From an uncultured bacterium (GTDB taxonomy: Bacteria; Babelota; Babeliae; Babelales; Babelaceae): a stretch of 64,000 bases of DNA. The first letter of the stretch is position 1. The number at the start of each line of letters is the position of its first letter. Below are positions 9,813-19,093 of the stretch, in pieces. A program made the translations under genes and the position numbers. The stretch covers positions 800,001 through 864,000 of the forward strand of contig CAWKFG010000004.1 of assembly GCA_963848965.1 (NCBI GenBank), given 5' to 3'. The notes under the pieces were generated by a model. That model was not told where the DNA came from and made no database searches. It saw only the letters and a list, made by a program, of their open reading frames with translations.

Positions 9813-11360
9813 ATGACAAAAATCTTAATATATATAGGTTTAATAAATACTTCATTTTCCTTTTCTTTAGCTATGGAAAAAGAACAAAAATCTCTCTATT
9901 CAAAGTTTACTCTATTTTCAACAAAAAAGACGGATAATGCTCAAGATGATAGTGCTCGTACACCCTTAATGAATGCCGCAAAAGAGGGCAATAAGGAAAA
10001 AGTAGAAACATTATTAACCTACGAAGCACATGTTAACTCTCAAGATACTAAAGGTCGTACCGCCTTAATGCTTGCTGCAATTGATGGACATAAAGAAATA
10101 GTAGAAACACTGATAGCTCATAGGGCAGACGTTAACATACAAGATAACAAAGGTGGCACTGCCTTATATTGGGCTGCAGTTGATGGTCAAAAAGAAGTAG
10201 TAAAACTACTCTTAAATAGTGGCGCTGATAGTAATATCCCAGATAGCAATGGAGCAACTGCTTTAATGTATACTGCAGGGCAACATTATAAAGAAATAAT
10301 AGAAATGCTTATTATCCATGGCACTTCTGTTAGTGCTCAAAATAGCTATAACAATACTGCCCTGCATTGGGCTGCAACCCATAATCAACCAGAGGTAGCA
10401 GAGTTGCTTATAACTTACGGTGCCCATGTTAATGCTCAAAATGAGGGGGGCGGAACACCATTAATGGCTGCTGCCGTAAATGGAAATGTGGAAGTACTTG
10501 CTGTACTTTTAGATAATGGTGCTAATCCGAATGATGGAGCGACTGATGATTATCACATATTGGCTTTGGCTGCAAAAGAAGGTCATTTCAACGTAGTAAC
10601 TGCACTTTTAGAAAGAGGTGCTTCTATTAATACCCAAAGTATTTATAGGAAAACTGCCTTAATATACGCTGCAGAATATGGACACAAGGAAATAGTAGCT
10701 CTTCTTATACAAAAAGGCGCTAATATTACTACTAAAGACGTTCGTGGATTCGATGCCTTGACAGCCGCAAAAGAAGGCGATACTCGTCAATTATTAGAAC
10801 TTTGCACATTACAAGAAGTAAAAACTTACCTTATTAATCCACTAGAGTATATTAAAAGAGATAGCAATAGATTTACCACAATTGGTAAAGGACAAACATG
10901 GCTCATGGTTGCATGTATCTATGGTCACGCTGATGTTATAGCTTTTTACAAGGACTACTCTCCTGACTATATTAATATAAAAGATCAGTATGGGCTCACT
11001 GCTCTTGACTATGCTTGTAAGTATAATATTGATAGCGCCGCTATTTTGATTAATACTTTGGGTAAAAAAATTAACCAATTAAATCTACAGCAAACGTTCT
11101 TCACCACTCTTACCTCTTATATCCCCTATTTTAATACCAATAAAAAGAATGAGCTTCTTAATCTTGCTGTAGAAAGGGGATATTTGCCACTCGTTAACGC
11201 TCTTTTAAGTATAGGAGCACAACCTACTATAGAGCTTGCTCAAAAAGCTCAAGAAAAAGGTTATTTAAAAATAATGCTTAGACTTCTCTTTTTAACCCTT
11301 GCTTCTACCCCTAAATATAAAAGAGAACCCTATAATTCGCTCAGTGGTCTTTTTAAGTAA
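9813..11360 (+). CDS. Secreted ankyrin-repeat protein, constant-C-terminus family, member 1
   Basis: Signal peptide ending AME; repeated G-TAL-AA-GH motifs; family tail SLSGLFK. Confidence 0.92.
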   Translation: MTKILIYIGLINTSFSFSLAMEKEQKSLYSKFTLFSTKKTDNAQDDSARTPLMNAAKEGNKEKVETLLTYEAHVNSQDTKGRTALMLAAIDGHKEIVETLIAHRADVNIQDNKGGTALYWAAVDGQKEVVKLLLNSGADSNIPDSNGATALMYTAGQHYKEIIEMLIIHGTSVSAQNSYNNTALHWAATHNQPEVAELLITYGAHVNAQNEGGGTPLMAAAVNGNVEVLAVLLDNGANPNDGATDDYHILALAAKEGHFNVVTALLERGASINTQSIYRKTALIYAAEYGHKEIVALLIQKGANITTKDVRGFDALTAAKEGDTRQLLELCTLQEVKTYLINPLEYIKRDSNRFTTIGKGQTWLMVACIYGHADVIAFYKDYSPDYINIKDQYGLTALDYACKYNIDSAAILINTLGKKINQLNLQQTFFTTLTSYIPYFNTNKKNELLNLAVERGYLPLVNALLSIGAQPTIELAQKAQEKGYLKIMLRLLFLTLASTPKYKREPYNSLSGLFK

Positions 11361-11371
11361 TTTACTAGACA

Positions 11372-11623
11372 CTAGTCCTCAACGTCAACATCGTTAATTT
11401 CGTGCTTAAGGAGCGTCTGAAAGTAACGTTGAGATAGGTCATCTTGCGATAGTACTTTAAGAAACCAATCAGGAAATTGTTTGATACCTGCTTCTACTAA
11501 CTCTTTAAAGTTTGTAGTTGCACATTCAAAATCAAAGTCAGGAATAGGTACATCAGAATGAGAAAAATGTATTAATTCGCCAAGAGAATAGTCTTTCCAT
11601 GCAACTTGGTATAGAAGTTTAAT
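11372..11623 (-). pseudogene. Start-less 83-codon gene remnant
   Basis: Open frame IKLLYQVAWKDYSLGELIHF...EINDVDVED-stop with no ATG; an in-frame TGA lies immediately upstream. Confidence 0.45.
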
Positions 11624-11649
11624 TCATAAGACTAGAGCATTGAAAAATT

Positions 11650-11672
11650 AAGGCCTAGCAAGTCTAGGCCTT
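11650..11672. terminator. AAGGCCTAG hairpin
   Basis: AAGGCCTAG-caagt-CTAGGCCTT after the J-like family gene. Confidence 0.7.
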
Positions 11673-11688
11673 CATATACTTACTACTT

Positions 11689-12549
11689 TTATTTGATTAT
11701 CGGACACCTAACTTCAGAATATTTCCGTCGTGATTTTTCAAACAATCTACGAGCATACTCGTCAAATTTATCATAATCCGTACCGTCTCTTAAAGCTCTT
11801 GTTGCAGTATTAATAAGGTTAAGCATCTCGTTTTGCTCAAGTAATCCAGTCTCTTTAGTGATATATTCTGCAGCACTCCAACCAGCTATTAAATCAGCCT
11901 GAGCCTTATCTACAGATAAATTAAAATCTCTACCACTTTTTGTTGGTTTAGCAGGAACTCCCAAAATATATTCCGGCTTTATAGGTTCTTTCTTTGGTTC
12001 CTTTGATAAAAAGGCTTCTCTTGCACGTACAAATATATCTCCAAGTAACTTGCAGCTATCAAGAGGTATAACAGCACCAATATTACTACTACCGATATTA
12101 CTGATGTCAATCGCCTTAAAATCAACACTGTAAGGTATAAAGCTAGATCCAGATAATGTCATTTCTACACCAAAAGCGTTCCGCCCCTTCTCTTTCATAG
12201 TATTTTTTATCCTTTCAGCATAGTCTTCTGTCTTTAAGAATCCTAAACTCCATACTTCAGGATCTGTATATTGCCATCCTACACCATGAGGACTTAATTT
12301 AAGTGAAGTAATTGCTTCTAGACCGTTAATCCAAATAACTTCTTCTGGATATATAACTCGACGGAGATTCGCGCCTCTAAATTGTTCCTTAAGATATTGA
12401 TACGTTACAACCACTGCGTCTGGCCTTTTATTTCTTATGAAAAGTCTTGCTTCATCACGAGGTTCTGGTTGCATACCATATACAGTAAAAGCTATACCTA
12501 CGCAGAACATATTTATTATAAATAGAAACTTTTTCATATTTTCTCCCAA
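11689..12549 (-). CDS. Secreted protein, J-like family, member 1
   Basis: Signal peptide (likely start MKKFLF); RLFIRN, RVIYPEE, LSPHG and PEYILGVP motifs shared with paralogs. Confidence 0.8.
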   Translation of the reverse strand: MGENMKKFLFIINMFCVGIAFTVYGMQPEPRDEARLFIRNKRPDAVVVTYQYLKEQFRGANLRRVIYPEEVIWINGLEAITSLKLSPHGVGWQYTDPEVWSLGFLKTEDYAERIKNTMKEKGRNAFGVEMTLSGSSFIPYSVDFKAIDISNIGSSNIGAVIPLDSCKLLGDIFVRAREAFLSKEPKKEPIKPEYILGVPAKPTKSGRDFNLSVDKAQADLIAGWSAAEYITKETGLLEQNEMLNLINTATRALRDGTDYDKFDEYARRLFEKSRRKYSEVRCPIIK

Positions 12550-12749
12550 TTTTACAGTTATATTTATATTAATTATAATTGTATATAAGAAGTATAATCA
12601 AGAGTTCTATCTTCTACTAAAGAACAGTTGCTTTAAAAAGACTTGATTAAAGGCTTTTATTGAGCTTGGCAAAGAAGATTGATAAGAGGATAAAGATACG
12701 TTTAAGATAAAAAGCTTTTTCTTGCGTTTGGTTTCTATCTGAAATTTAA

Positions 12750-12778
12750 TTGACAGTCATTAATTTTAGGGCTACTAT
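12750..12778 (+). promoter_or_regulatory. Sigma70 promoter of ankyrin gene
   Basis: TTGACA-17nt-TACTAT inside a block similar to 9640-9715. Confidence 0.75.
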
Positions 12779-12920
12779 TTACAAAAGATATACCAAATTT
12801 TTAAAATACAGAGGAAATAACAGTAGATTATGCTTGCTTTCTGGTTCGGCTTTACTATTACTTATCTCCGTTCAATTAATTATTAAATGAAAGACATACT
12901 AACGGAGTAAACACTAAAGG

Positions 12921-14579
12921 ATGATCATGATAAAAAATTTAATATACATAAGCTTAATAAGCACATTATTTTCTTTTTCTCAAGCAATGGAAAAAGCCAG
13001 AACAAACCTAAAGTTCCAAACAGATCAAGCTCCACACTTAAAAAAAGAGATCACCAGTAACACCAAAAATAATGATAATCGCACACCCCTCATGAAGGCT
13101 GCAAAGAACGGCCTTAAAGAAACTGTTAACGCATTGCTAGTACAATGCAATAACGTTAATGCTAAAGACCTTAAAGATCGTACTGCCCTCATGTTTGCTG
13201 CAAAGTTAGGTCACACAGAGATAGTAAAATTGCTACTTGATAATAGTGCGGATATTAATACTCAAGACCGATATGGCCAGACCGCTCTACATCGAGCCGC
13301 ATCTCATAATAAAAAAGAAGTTGTAGAATTACTTTTAAGTAAAGGTGCTGATTACAATATTCAAGATCTCTTTGATGGTATGACTGCTTTAATATGCGCT
13401 ACAAGATATGGGCACAAAGAAATTGTAGAATTTTTTTTAGATAATGGTGCTAATATCAATGCTCAAAATAGGAATGGTAACACTCCTTTGCATTGGGCTG
13501 CAGGATATGGTTGTAAAGAAGTAGTAGAACTGCTTTTAACTAAAGGTGCTGATTACGGTATTCAAAACAATGACAATATGACTGCGTTGATGGATGCTGC
13601 AGCGCAAGGCTATAAAGAAATAGTAGAAATACTTATAACTCATGGTGCTGATATCAATGTTCAAGATAAGCACGGTAACACTGCTTTACATTGGGCTGCA
13701 GCCAAAAACCGAGTAGAAGCAATAAAACTGCTTTTAAGTAAAGGAGCAGATATCAATACTCGAACTCATGATAATAGAACTCCTTTAATACGTGCTGCGT
13801 TCTCAGGTAAAGAGAAAGCAGTTGCTACGCTCTTAGATGCAGGTGCAGATATTCATGCTCAAAATAATCGCGCCTTAACGAACGCAGCAAACCGCGGATA
13901 TAAGAAGATAGTAGTTCTTCTTATAAAAAAAGGAGCTGACCTTACTAGTATAAAGCATGACCTAACATTCGCTGAGAAAGGAGAAACTCAACAACTCTTA
14001 GAGCTTTGCATTTTACCAGAAGTAAAAGCCTATCTGAGTAACCCAATGGAATATGTTAAAAAAGATACTAATAGATTCTCTACCATTGGCAAAGGACAAA
14101 CGTGGCTTATGGTTGCATGTATCTTTGGTCATACTGATGTTATATCCTTCTACAAAGATTATACCCCACAGTATGCTAATATAAAAGATAATTATGGTCG
14201 TACAGCTTTTGATTATGCTTATACCTATAATCTCAATAGTGTTGCTACTCTTATTAACATTTTTGGTACAAAAATTAGCCAATTAGATCCTCAACAGACT
14301 TCACGCTTTACTACTCTTATCGCTTATATTCCCTATCTTGGAGCTAAAATTAAGACTTATAAAAAAGAAGAACTCCTTAAGTTAGCAGTAGATAGAGGAA
14401 ACTTGTTTCTTGTTAATGCTCTTTTAAGTATAGGAGCACAACCTACTATAGAACTTGCTCAAGCGGCAAAAGACAGCGGTTACTTAAAAGTAATGCATAG
14501 ACTGCTTTTTTTAACCCTTGCTTCCATTCCTGAATATAAAAGAGAGCCATATAATTCGCTCAGTGGTCTCTTCAAGTAA
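12921..14579 (+). CDS. Secreted ankyrin-repeat protein, constant-C-terminus family, member 2
   Basis: Ankyrin repeats; TWLMVACIFGH, LLSIGAQPTIEL, SLSGLFK. Confidence 0.92.
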   Translation: MIMIKNLIYISLISTLFSFSQAMEKARTNLKFQTDQAPHLKKEITSNTKNNDNRTPLMKAAKNGLKETVNALLVQCNNVNAKDLKDRTALMFAAKLGHTEIVKLLLDNSADINTQDRYGQTALHRAASHNKKEVVELLLSKGADYNIQDLFDGMTALICATRYGHKEIVEFFLDNGANINAQNRNGNTPLHWAAGYGCKEVVELLLTKGADYGIQNNDNMTALMDAAAQGYKEIVEILITHGADINVQDKHGNTALHWAAAKNRVEAIKLLLSKGADINTRTHDNRTPLIRAAFSGKEKAVATLLDAGADIHAQNNRALTNAANRGYKKIVVLLIKKGADLTSIKHDLTFAEKGETQQLLELCILPEVKAYLSNPMEYVKKDTNRFSTIGKGQTWLMVACIFGHTDVISFYKDYTPQYANIKDNYGRTAFDYAYTYNLNSVATLINIFGTKISQLDPQQTSRFTTLIAYIPYLGAKIKTYKKEELLKLAVDRGNLFLVNALLSIGAQPTIELAQAAKDSGYLKVMHRLLFLTLASIPEYKREPYNSLSGLFK

Positions 14580-14610
14580 TTTTATACATGACTGACACTG
14601 AAGAATAACT

Positions 14611-14664
14611 ATGATAAAGATTTTACTTTGTATAGGCCTACTGAGTACACTATTTTCTTTGTAA
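14611..14664 (+). pseudogene. Signal-peptide relic of the ankyrin family
   Basis: MIKILLCIGLLSTLFSL-stop resembles MTKILIYIGLINTSFSF and MIKNLIYISLISTLFSF. Confidence 0.65.
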
Positions 14665-14904
14665 GCTTTAATCTATTCTGCTATTAATAAAAGGTATAAA
14701 GCTCTAGATAGCATTTTACAAACGTTTCTATCCTCGCCACCCTTACTATATTTAGACAAATTGAATCAAAAATAACAAAAAGCCCGGCAATACTGGTTTT
14801 AAATTTTTTATAAATCTTTTCTATTTAAATTGCAAAAAGACGCTTTTTTTATTATGCTTACTTAGGTACAATATATTATTTAGCTAATTAACACAAGGAT
14901 AACA

Positions 14905-15849
14905 ATGATTTGGCTTTCTAAAAAGTTTTTGTTTATTTATTTTATAGCTTATCCATACTCCAGTATGCTTACTGCTAATCCCTGTAGAATAACTACAATC
15001 ACTAAAGAGAACGGTCAAATCATTTATCTGCTATCTGATTGGAAAGAAGAATCTACTGAAACTCATCAAATGAGATTTCCCGAGCTCATAGAGCGTCTAA
15101 AAGCACTTGAAGATTCTGCCCAACAAGGTCTTCATATTTTTATAGCAAGTCCATCCACATGCTTTTTGAGTAGGCAATTAGCTGTTTTAGCAAAGCTAAT
15201 TGAATCTGCCCAAAAGCTTAATTTGAAAAAATCTACTATTGAAAACATCAATGCAAAAAGCTGCATACCTACTTTTAACTTAATTGCTTCTTGCTATCCA
15301 CATATAGAATCTCTTAATTTAGCATCTGCTGAAGTTAACACTTGTGCACAAGAACTATTTGGATATAGCTTTGATAAGCTAAGCTTTCAAACTATAATAG
15401 AAGAATTGGAGCATAATATAGATACTTTTGAAAGCTATAAAAAAAACTGTGATAATCCTTTTATTAAAGAAATACTAAAAACTAACTTACCTATATGTAG
15501 AGAGTTTATCAGTTCATCAAAATGGATCCTTGAAGAAGAAATAATGATTAATTTAAAAAAAAAACTTATAGAAGCACTTCCAGCCTTTAATGATGAATCT
15601 CATCAGTGTCGATTTAGGCTCACATTTACATTACTATCAGAAATAAGCTCTACTCTTTCTAGTCTTTACATAATCTCTCGAATTAATACTTTTTCAAATT
15701 ATGCAAAAGTTATTATTACTGCTGAAAATGATCGCATTGATAAAATTACTGCATTACTTGTCACTACTTTCTCTACTCTTAAAACACAAAGTATAGTAAT
15801 ACCAAGAGAGCTATTTAATGACACATTTTTACGCTTATTATCTTCCTAG
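14905..15849 (+). CDS. Secreted protein, DxH/GxxH family (degenerate member)
   Basis: Paralog of 15907..16890 (NGQIIY..SD, GLHIFI, TIENI) but lacks the conserved His residues. Confidence 0.7.
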   Translation: MIWLSKKFLFIYFIAYPYSSMLTANPCRITTITKENGQIIYLLSDWKEESTETHQMRFPELIERLKALEDSAQQGLHIFIASPSTCFLSRQLAVLAKLIESAQKLNLKKSTIENINAKSCIPTFNLIASCYPHIESLNLASAEVNTCAQELFGYSFDKLSFQTIIEELEHNIDTFESYKKNCDNPFIKEILKTNLPICREFISSSKWILEEEIMINLKKKLIEALPAFNDESHQCRFRLTFTLLSEISSTLSSLYIISRINTFSNYAKVIITAENDRIDKITALLVTTFSTLKTQSIVIPRELFNDTFLRLLSS

Positions 15850-15906
15850 TCCTCTTAAAATTATAACTAAATAGCAAACTTCTTTAAGAAATAGAAAGGA
15901 CGAAAA

Positions 15907-16890
15907 ATGCTTTTATTTTCTAAAAATCTTTTTTTTGCTTATCTACTAGCAATCATTTTCTCACCTTTACTTACCGCTACATTATATAGAATAACTAAAG
16001 TTATTAAACAAAATGGCCAAGTCATTTACTTTTTCTCTGATCACCATGAACTTGATAATACAAAGCGTAACGAAATCAATCAAAAACAGTTAGATAAATT
16101 CGTTGATATCATAGCAAAAGCAGAAGTATCTTCTGAAAAAGGTCTTTATATACTTATAGAATCTGGCTCTTGTCTTTATGTGCATCAACCTGGCGTTATA
16201 ATAACACTCATGAAGAAATGTAAAGAATTAAACTTGAAAAAGACAGTTATTGAAAACATTGACATAAGACAAAGGTCAAGAGCAGCTCATTTTCTAATGG
16301 CTAACTCCTTTAATATTGGATCGTTGGATTTTGAATCTTCTGAATTAATCACTAGTGCACATGAATCATATGGATGCCGTCTTGATAAATTCACTTCTAA
16401 AGAGATATTTGATGAATTTAATTCTCATATCATCACTCTTACCAATTATGCAAACACTTGTAATAATCCACTGCTTAAGGCTGAATTTGATGAAAAGATA
16501 GAAACTTGCCAAAAAAAAATATCCCAACTTAAACATATTTTAGAGAAAGAATTTGAATTTGATTTAAGAAAATACTTTTTAGAATCGTTATTACAGTGCA
16601 CTTCTCCTAAGGTTAATCTTAGAACTATAGAATATATATCTAAACTAATTTTAGAGATTGGTGTCCCCCTTATGGATCTTTATACAATTTTACGTATTCA
16701 TACCCTCGAAAATGTTCCTGAACTTATAGTCATCGCTGGAGGTACCCATATTGCAAATGTGATCTCAATGCTTGTTAAAAGCTCTATTACACTTGACGTA
16801 AAAAACATAAGCATACCGAAAAAATATTTTGTTGAAGCTCCTTTTGACTTGCTTACAGGCTCTTCAGTGAGTAAAGTACACCAAAAATAG
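15907..16890 (+). CDS. Secreted protein, DxH/GxxH family (possible EreA/ChaN/TraB-like fold)
   Basis: YFFSDHH, LYILIE, ENIDIR, IAGGTH. Confidence 0.7.
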   Translation: MLLFSKNLFFAYLLAIIFSPLLTATLYRITKVIKQNGQVIYFFSDHHELDNTKRNEINQKQLDKFVDIIAKAEVSSEKGLYILIESGSCLYVHQPGVIITLMKKCKELNLKKTVIENIDIRQRSRAAHFLMANSFNIGSLDFESSELITSAHESYGCRLDKFTSKEIFDEFNSHIITLTNYANTCNNPLLKAEFDEKIETCQKKISQLKHILEKEFEFDLRKYFLESLLQCTSPKVNLRTIEYISKLILEIGVPLMDLYTILRIHTLENVPELIVIAGGTHIANVISMLVKSSITLDVKNISIPKKYFVEAPFDLLTGSSVSKVHQK

Positions 16891-16937
16891 TTAATAATCT
16901 TTGCCCTCGTTCACAGCAAGCTTGAAACAGATTGAAA

Positions 16938-16961
16938 AAGGCCTAGTAAAAAATAGGCCTT
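16938..16961. terminator. AAGGCCTA hairpin
   Basis: AAGGCCTA...TAGGCCTT between convergent genes. Confidence 0.65.
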
Positions 16962-16979
16962 AAAGCGTTCATAATGCTA

Positions 16980-17873
16980 TTAAATACGACAAGATTTATC
17001 CAAAGCTTCTTTTGATTCAGCAAATAAGTTACGCGCAATTGTCACGAATTTTGCCAATTCTTCTTGTACTGTGGCACCTGTAGATCTTAAAGTCCTATAA
17101 GCAGCACGAATAAGTTCTCCTAATTTCTTTTTACTAATTAATCCTGCCCCTTCACCATATTTTGCCGCTTCCCAACCAGAGCTTAAATCTTCAACAGCCA
17201 GGTCTACTGATATCTTATAATCTGGATTCATTGTACTTGGCTTAGGTGGAACTCCCAAAATATATTCTGGTCTGATGTCTTTTTTATCGTCAAAAACTTC
17301 CCCTGCACGAGTAAATATATCTCCAAGCCACTTACACCTTATAAGGGAGATAACGCGCGCAATATCAATAGTGTCCTTTTCATGAGTATCAACTTTATAA
17401 CTCAGATAAGCATATCCAGATATTGTAATCTCTACTCCTCCTACGCGAGAAATCTTGCTTTGTATTTCTGTAGCATAATCTTTTCCTGGTATCATACCTA
17501 AAGTTAATAATTTAGGATCTGCCAATTGCTTTACATCACCATGAGGACTCAGTTTAAGTGAAGTAATCATAGAAGGGCCACCAATCCAAATAACTTCTTG
17601 TGGGTAAACAACCCGTTGTAAAACAAGATCTTTAAGTTCTGGGACATTACCATACTGATAGGCTACACGTATAGCATCCGTCCTATTATTCTTTATAAAG
17701 AGTCTACCAGGTCGCTCTATGCGTCTAGGGGGTTCGTCTCCCCTTCTCGGTTCAACTACTCTTTCTTCAGCTATTGGCTCAGCTGCCCTTTTTTCTTCAG
17801 CAGGTGCCATACAATACAAGTTTTGACCTATACCCACAAGAAATAAACTTATAATAAATAGAAATTTCTTCAC
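16980..17873 (-). CDS. Secreted protein, J-like family, member 2
   Basis: GTG start after AGGAGA; family motifs present. Confidence 0.8.
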   Translation of the reverse strand: MKKFLFIISLFLVGIGQNLYCMAPAEEKRAAEPIAEERVVEPRRGDEPPRRIERPGRLFIKNNRTDAIRVAYQYGNVPELKDLVLQRVVYPQEVIWIGGPSMITSLKLSPHGDVKQLADPKLLTLGMIPGKDYATEIQSKISRVGGVEITISGYAYLSYKVDTHEKDTIDIARVISLIRCKWLGDIFTRAGEVFDDKKDIRPEYILGVPPKPSTMNPDYKISVDLAVEDLSSGWEAAKYGEGAGLISKKKLGELIRAAYRTLRSTGATVQEELAKFVTIARNLFAESKEALDKSCRI

Positions 17874-17932
17874 ATTCTCTCCTTATTTTAAGGAAGCGTT
17901 AATGTATACACAGTCAAATAAAAGACTGTAGA

Positions 17933-17954
17933 AAGGCCTAGTAACCTAGGCCTT
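17933..17954. terminator. AAGGCCTAG hairpin
   Basis: AAGGCCTAG-taac-CTAGGCCTT. Confidence 0.7.
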
Positions 17955-17961
17955 CAATATC

Positions 17962-18810
17962 TTATATACGTTTAGGAGGAGCAGCAGGAGCTTTAACTGG
18001 AATCTCACAAGCGGCTTTTGTAAATGATTCTTGTGATTCTTCGAATAATGTACGAGCACGTTTTTTAAAGTCAGCTATTCGTTGACCACCAAGTCTTAAA
18101 GCTGAATAAGCAAGCCCAATAAGTTCACCTAACTTCTTTTTATCAAGCAAGCCTGCGCCAGATTTGTAATTAGCATCAGCCCAAGCAGCTTGCAAATTGC
18201 TATGTGCTTCATCTACAGATGTTTCGTAGTCTTTTATTGCCTTTGTGCCACTCGTTGGTTTTGATGGAACTCCAAGGATATATTCTGGCTTTATATCTTG
18301 AGCCTTTTCAAACGCTATCTTTGCGCGTGTAAATATATCTCCAAGCCACTTACATCTTATAAGAGGAATCATAGATACGATATTATTAGAAGATGGATTT
18401 ACAGTAACATTATAGCGCATAGCTATAAACCCAGATATAGTCATTTCCACTCCCCCTTGACCAGAAATACTTCCTTTTACCTCTAGAGCATAATCTTTTC
18501 CTGGTATCATACCAAAAGTTAGTGTTTCTGGACTTGTATATTGCATTACTTCGCCATGAGCGCTTAATTTAAGTGTAGCAATTTGTTCAGGATTACCAAT
18601 CCAAATAACTTCTTCTGGATATACAACACGTTGCAGAGCAACTCCTCTAAAACCTTCACGATCATATCCATATGTCACGAGCACAGCATCTGATCTGTTA
18701 TTTCTGATAAAAAGCCTACTGCCTTCTCTAGGCTCAGCTGGTTCCATACTATACATAGTAAAGGCCGCACCAACAAAGAATAAACTTACGATAAATATGA
18801 ATTTATTCAT
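17962..18810 (-). CDS. Secreted protein, J-like family, member 3
   Basis: Signal peptide ending SME; family motifs present. Confidence 0.8.
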   Translation of the reverse strand: MNKFIFIVSLFFVGAAFTMYSMEPAEPREGSRLFIRNNRSDAVLVTYGYDREGFRGVALQRVVYPEEVIWIGNPEQIATLKLSAHGEVMQYTSPETLTFGMIPGKDYALEVKGSISGQGGVEMTISGFIAMRYNVTVNPSSNNIVSMIPLIRCKWLGDIFTRAKIAFEKAQDIKPEYILGVPSKPTSGTKAIKDYETSVDEAHSNLQAAWADANYKSGAGLLDKKKLGELIGLAYSALRLGGQRIADFKKRARTLFEESQESFTKAACEIPVKAPAAPPKRI

Positions 18811-18987
18811 ACTTTCTCCTTATTTAATGATATTTTATATTAATTATAATTATAAATATTTGAGTAAAAAAGAATCAATAATTTTCTTATAAATTACCCT
18901 CTTCTTTTACCTTTAAAGTTAATTTGGAGTCATATTTTAAGCATGTAGTTCTTATAAAATGTCAAATCTTTATAATTCAAATGTGCA

Positions 18988-19016
18988 TTGACATTTTTTT
19001 ATTTTCTTATTACTAT
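18988..19016 (+). promoter_or_regulatory. Sigma70 promoter of ankyrin gene
   Basis: TTGACA-17nt-TACTAT followed by TTACAAA, as in the two other copies. Confidence 0.72.
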
Positions 19017-19093
19017 TTACAAAGTATAATTTTACTTTGATTAATATGTTTTCCTAAAACTTAAATACTATTCAAAACAACATTAAGGATGAT

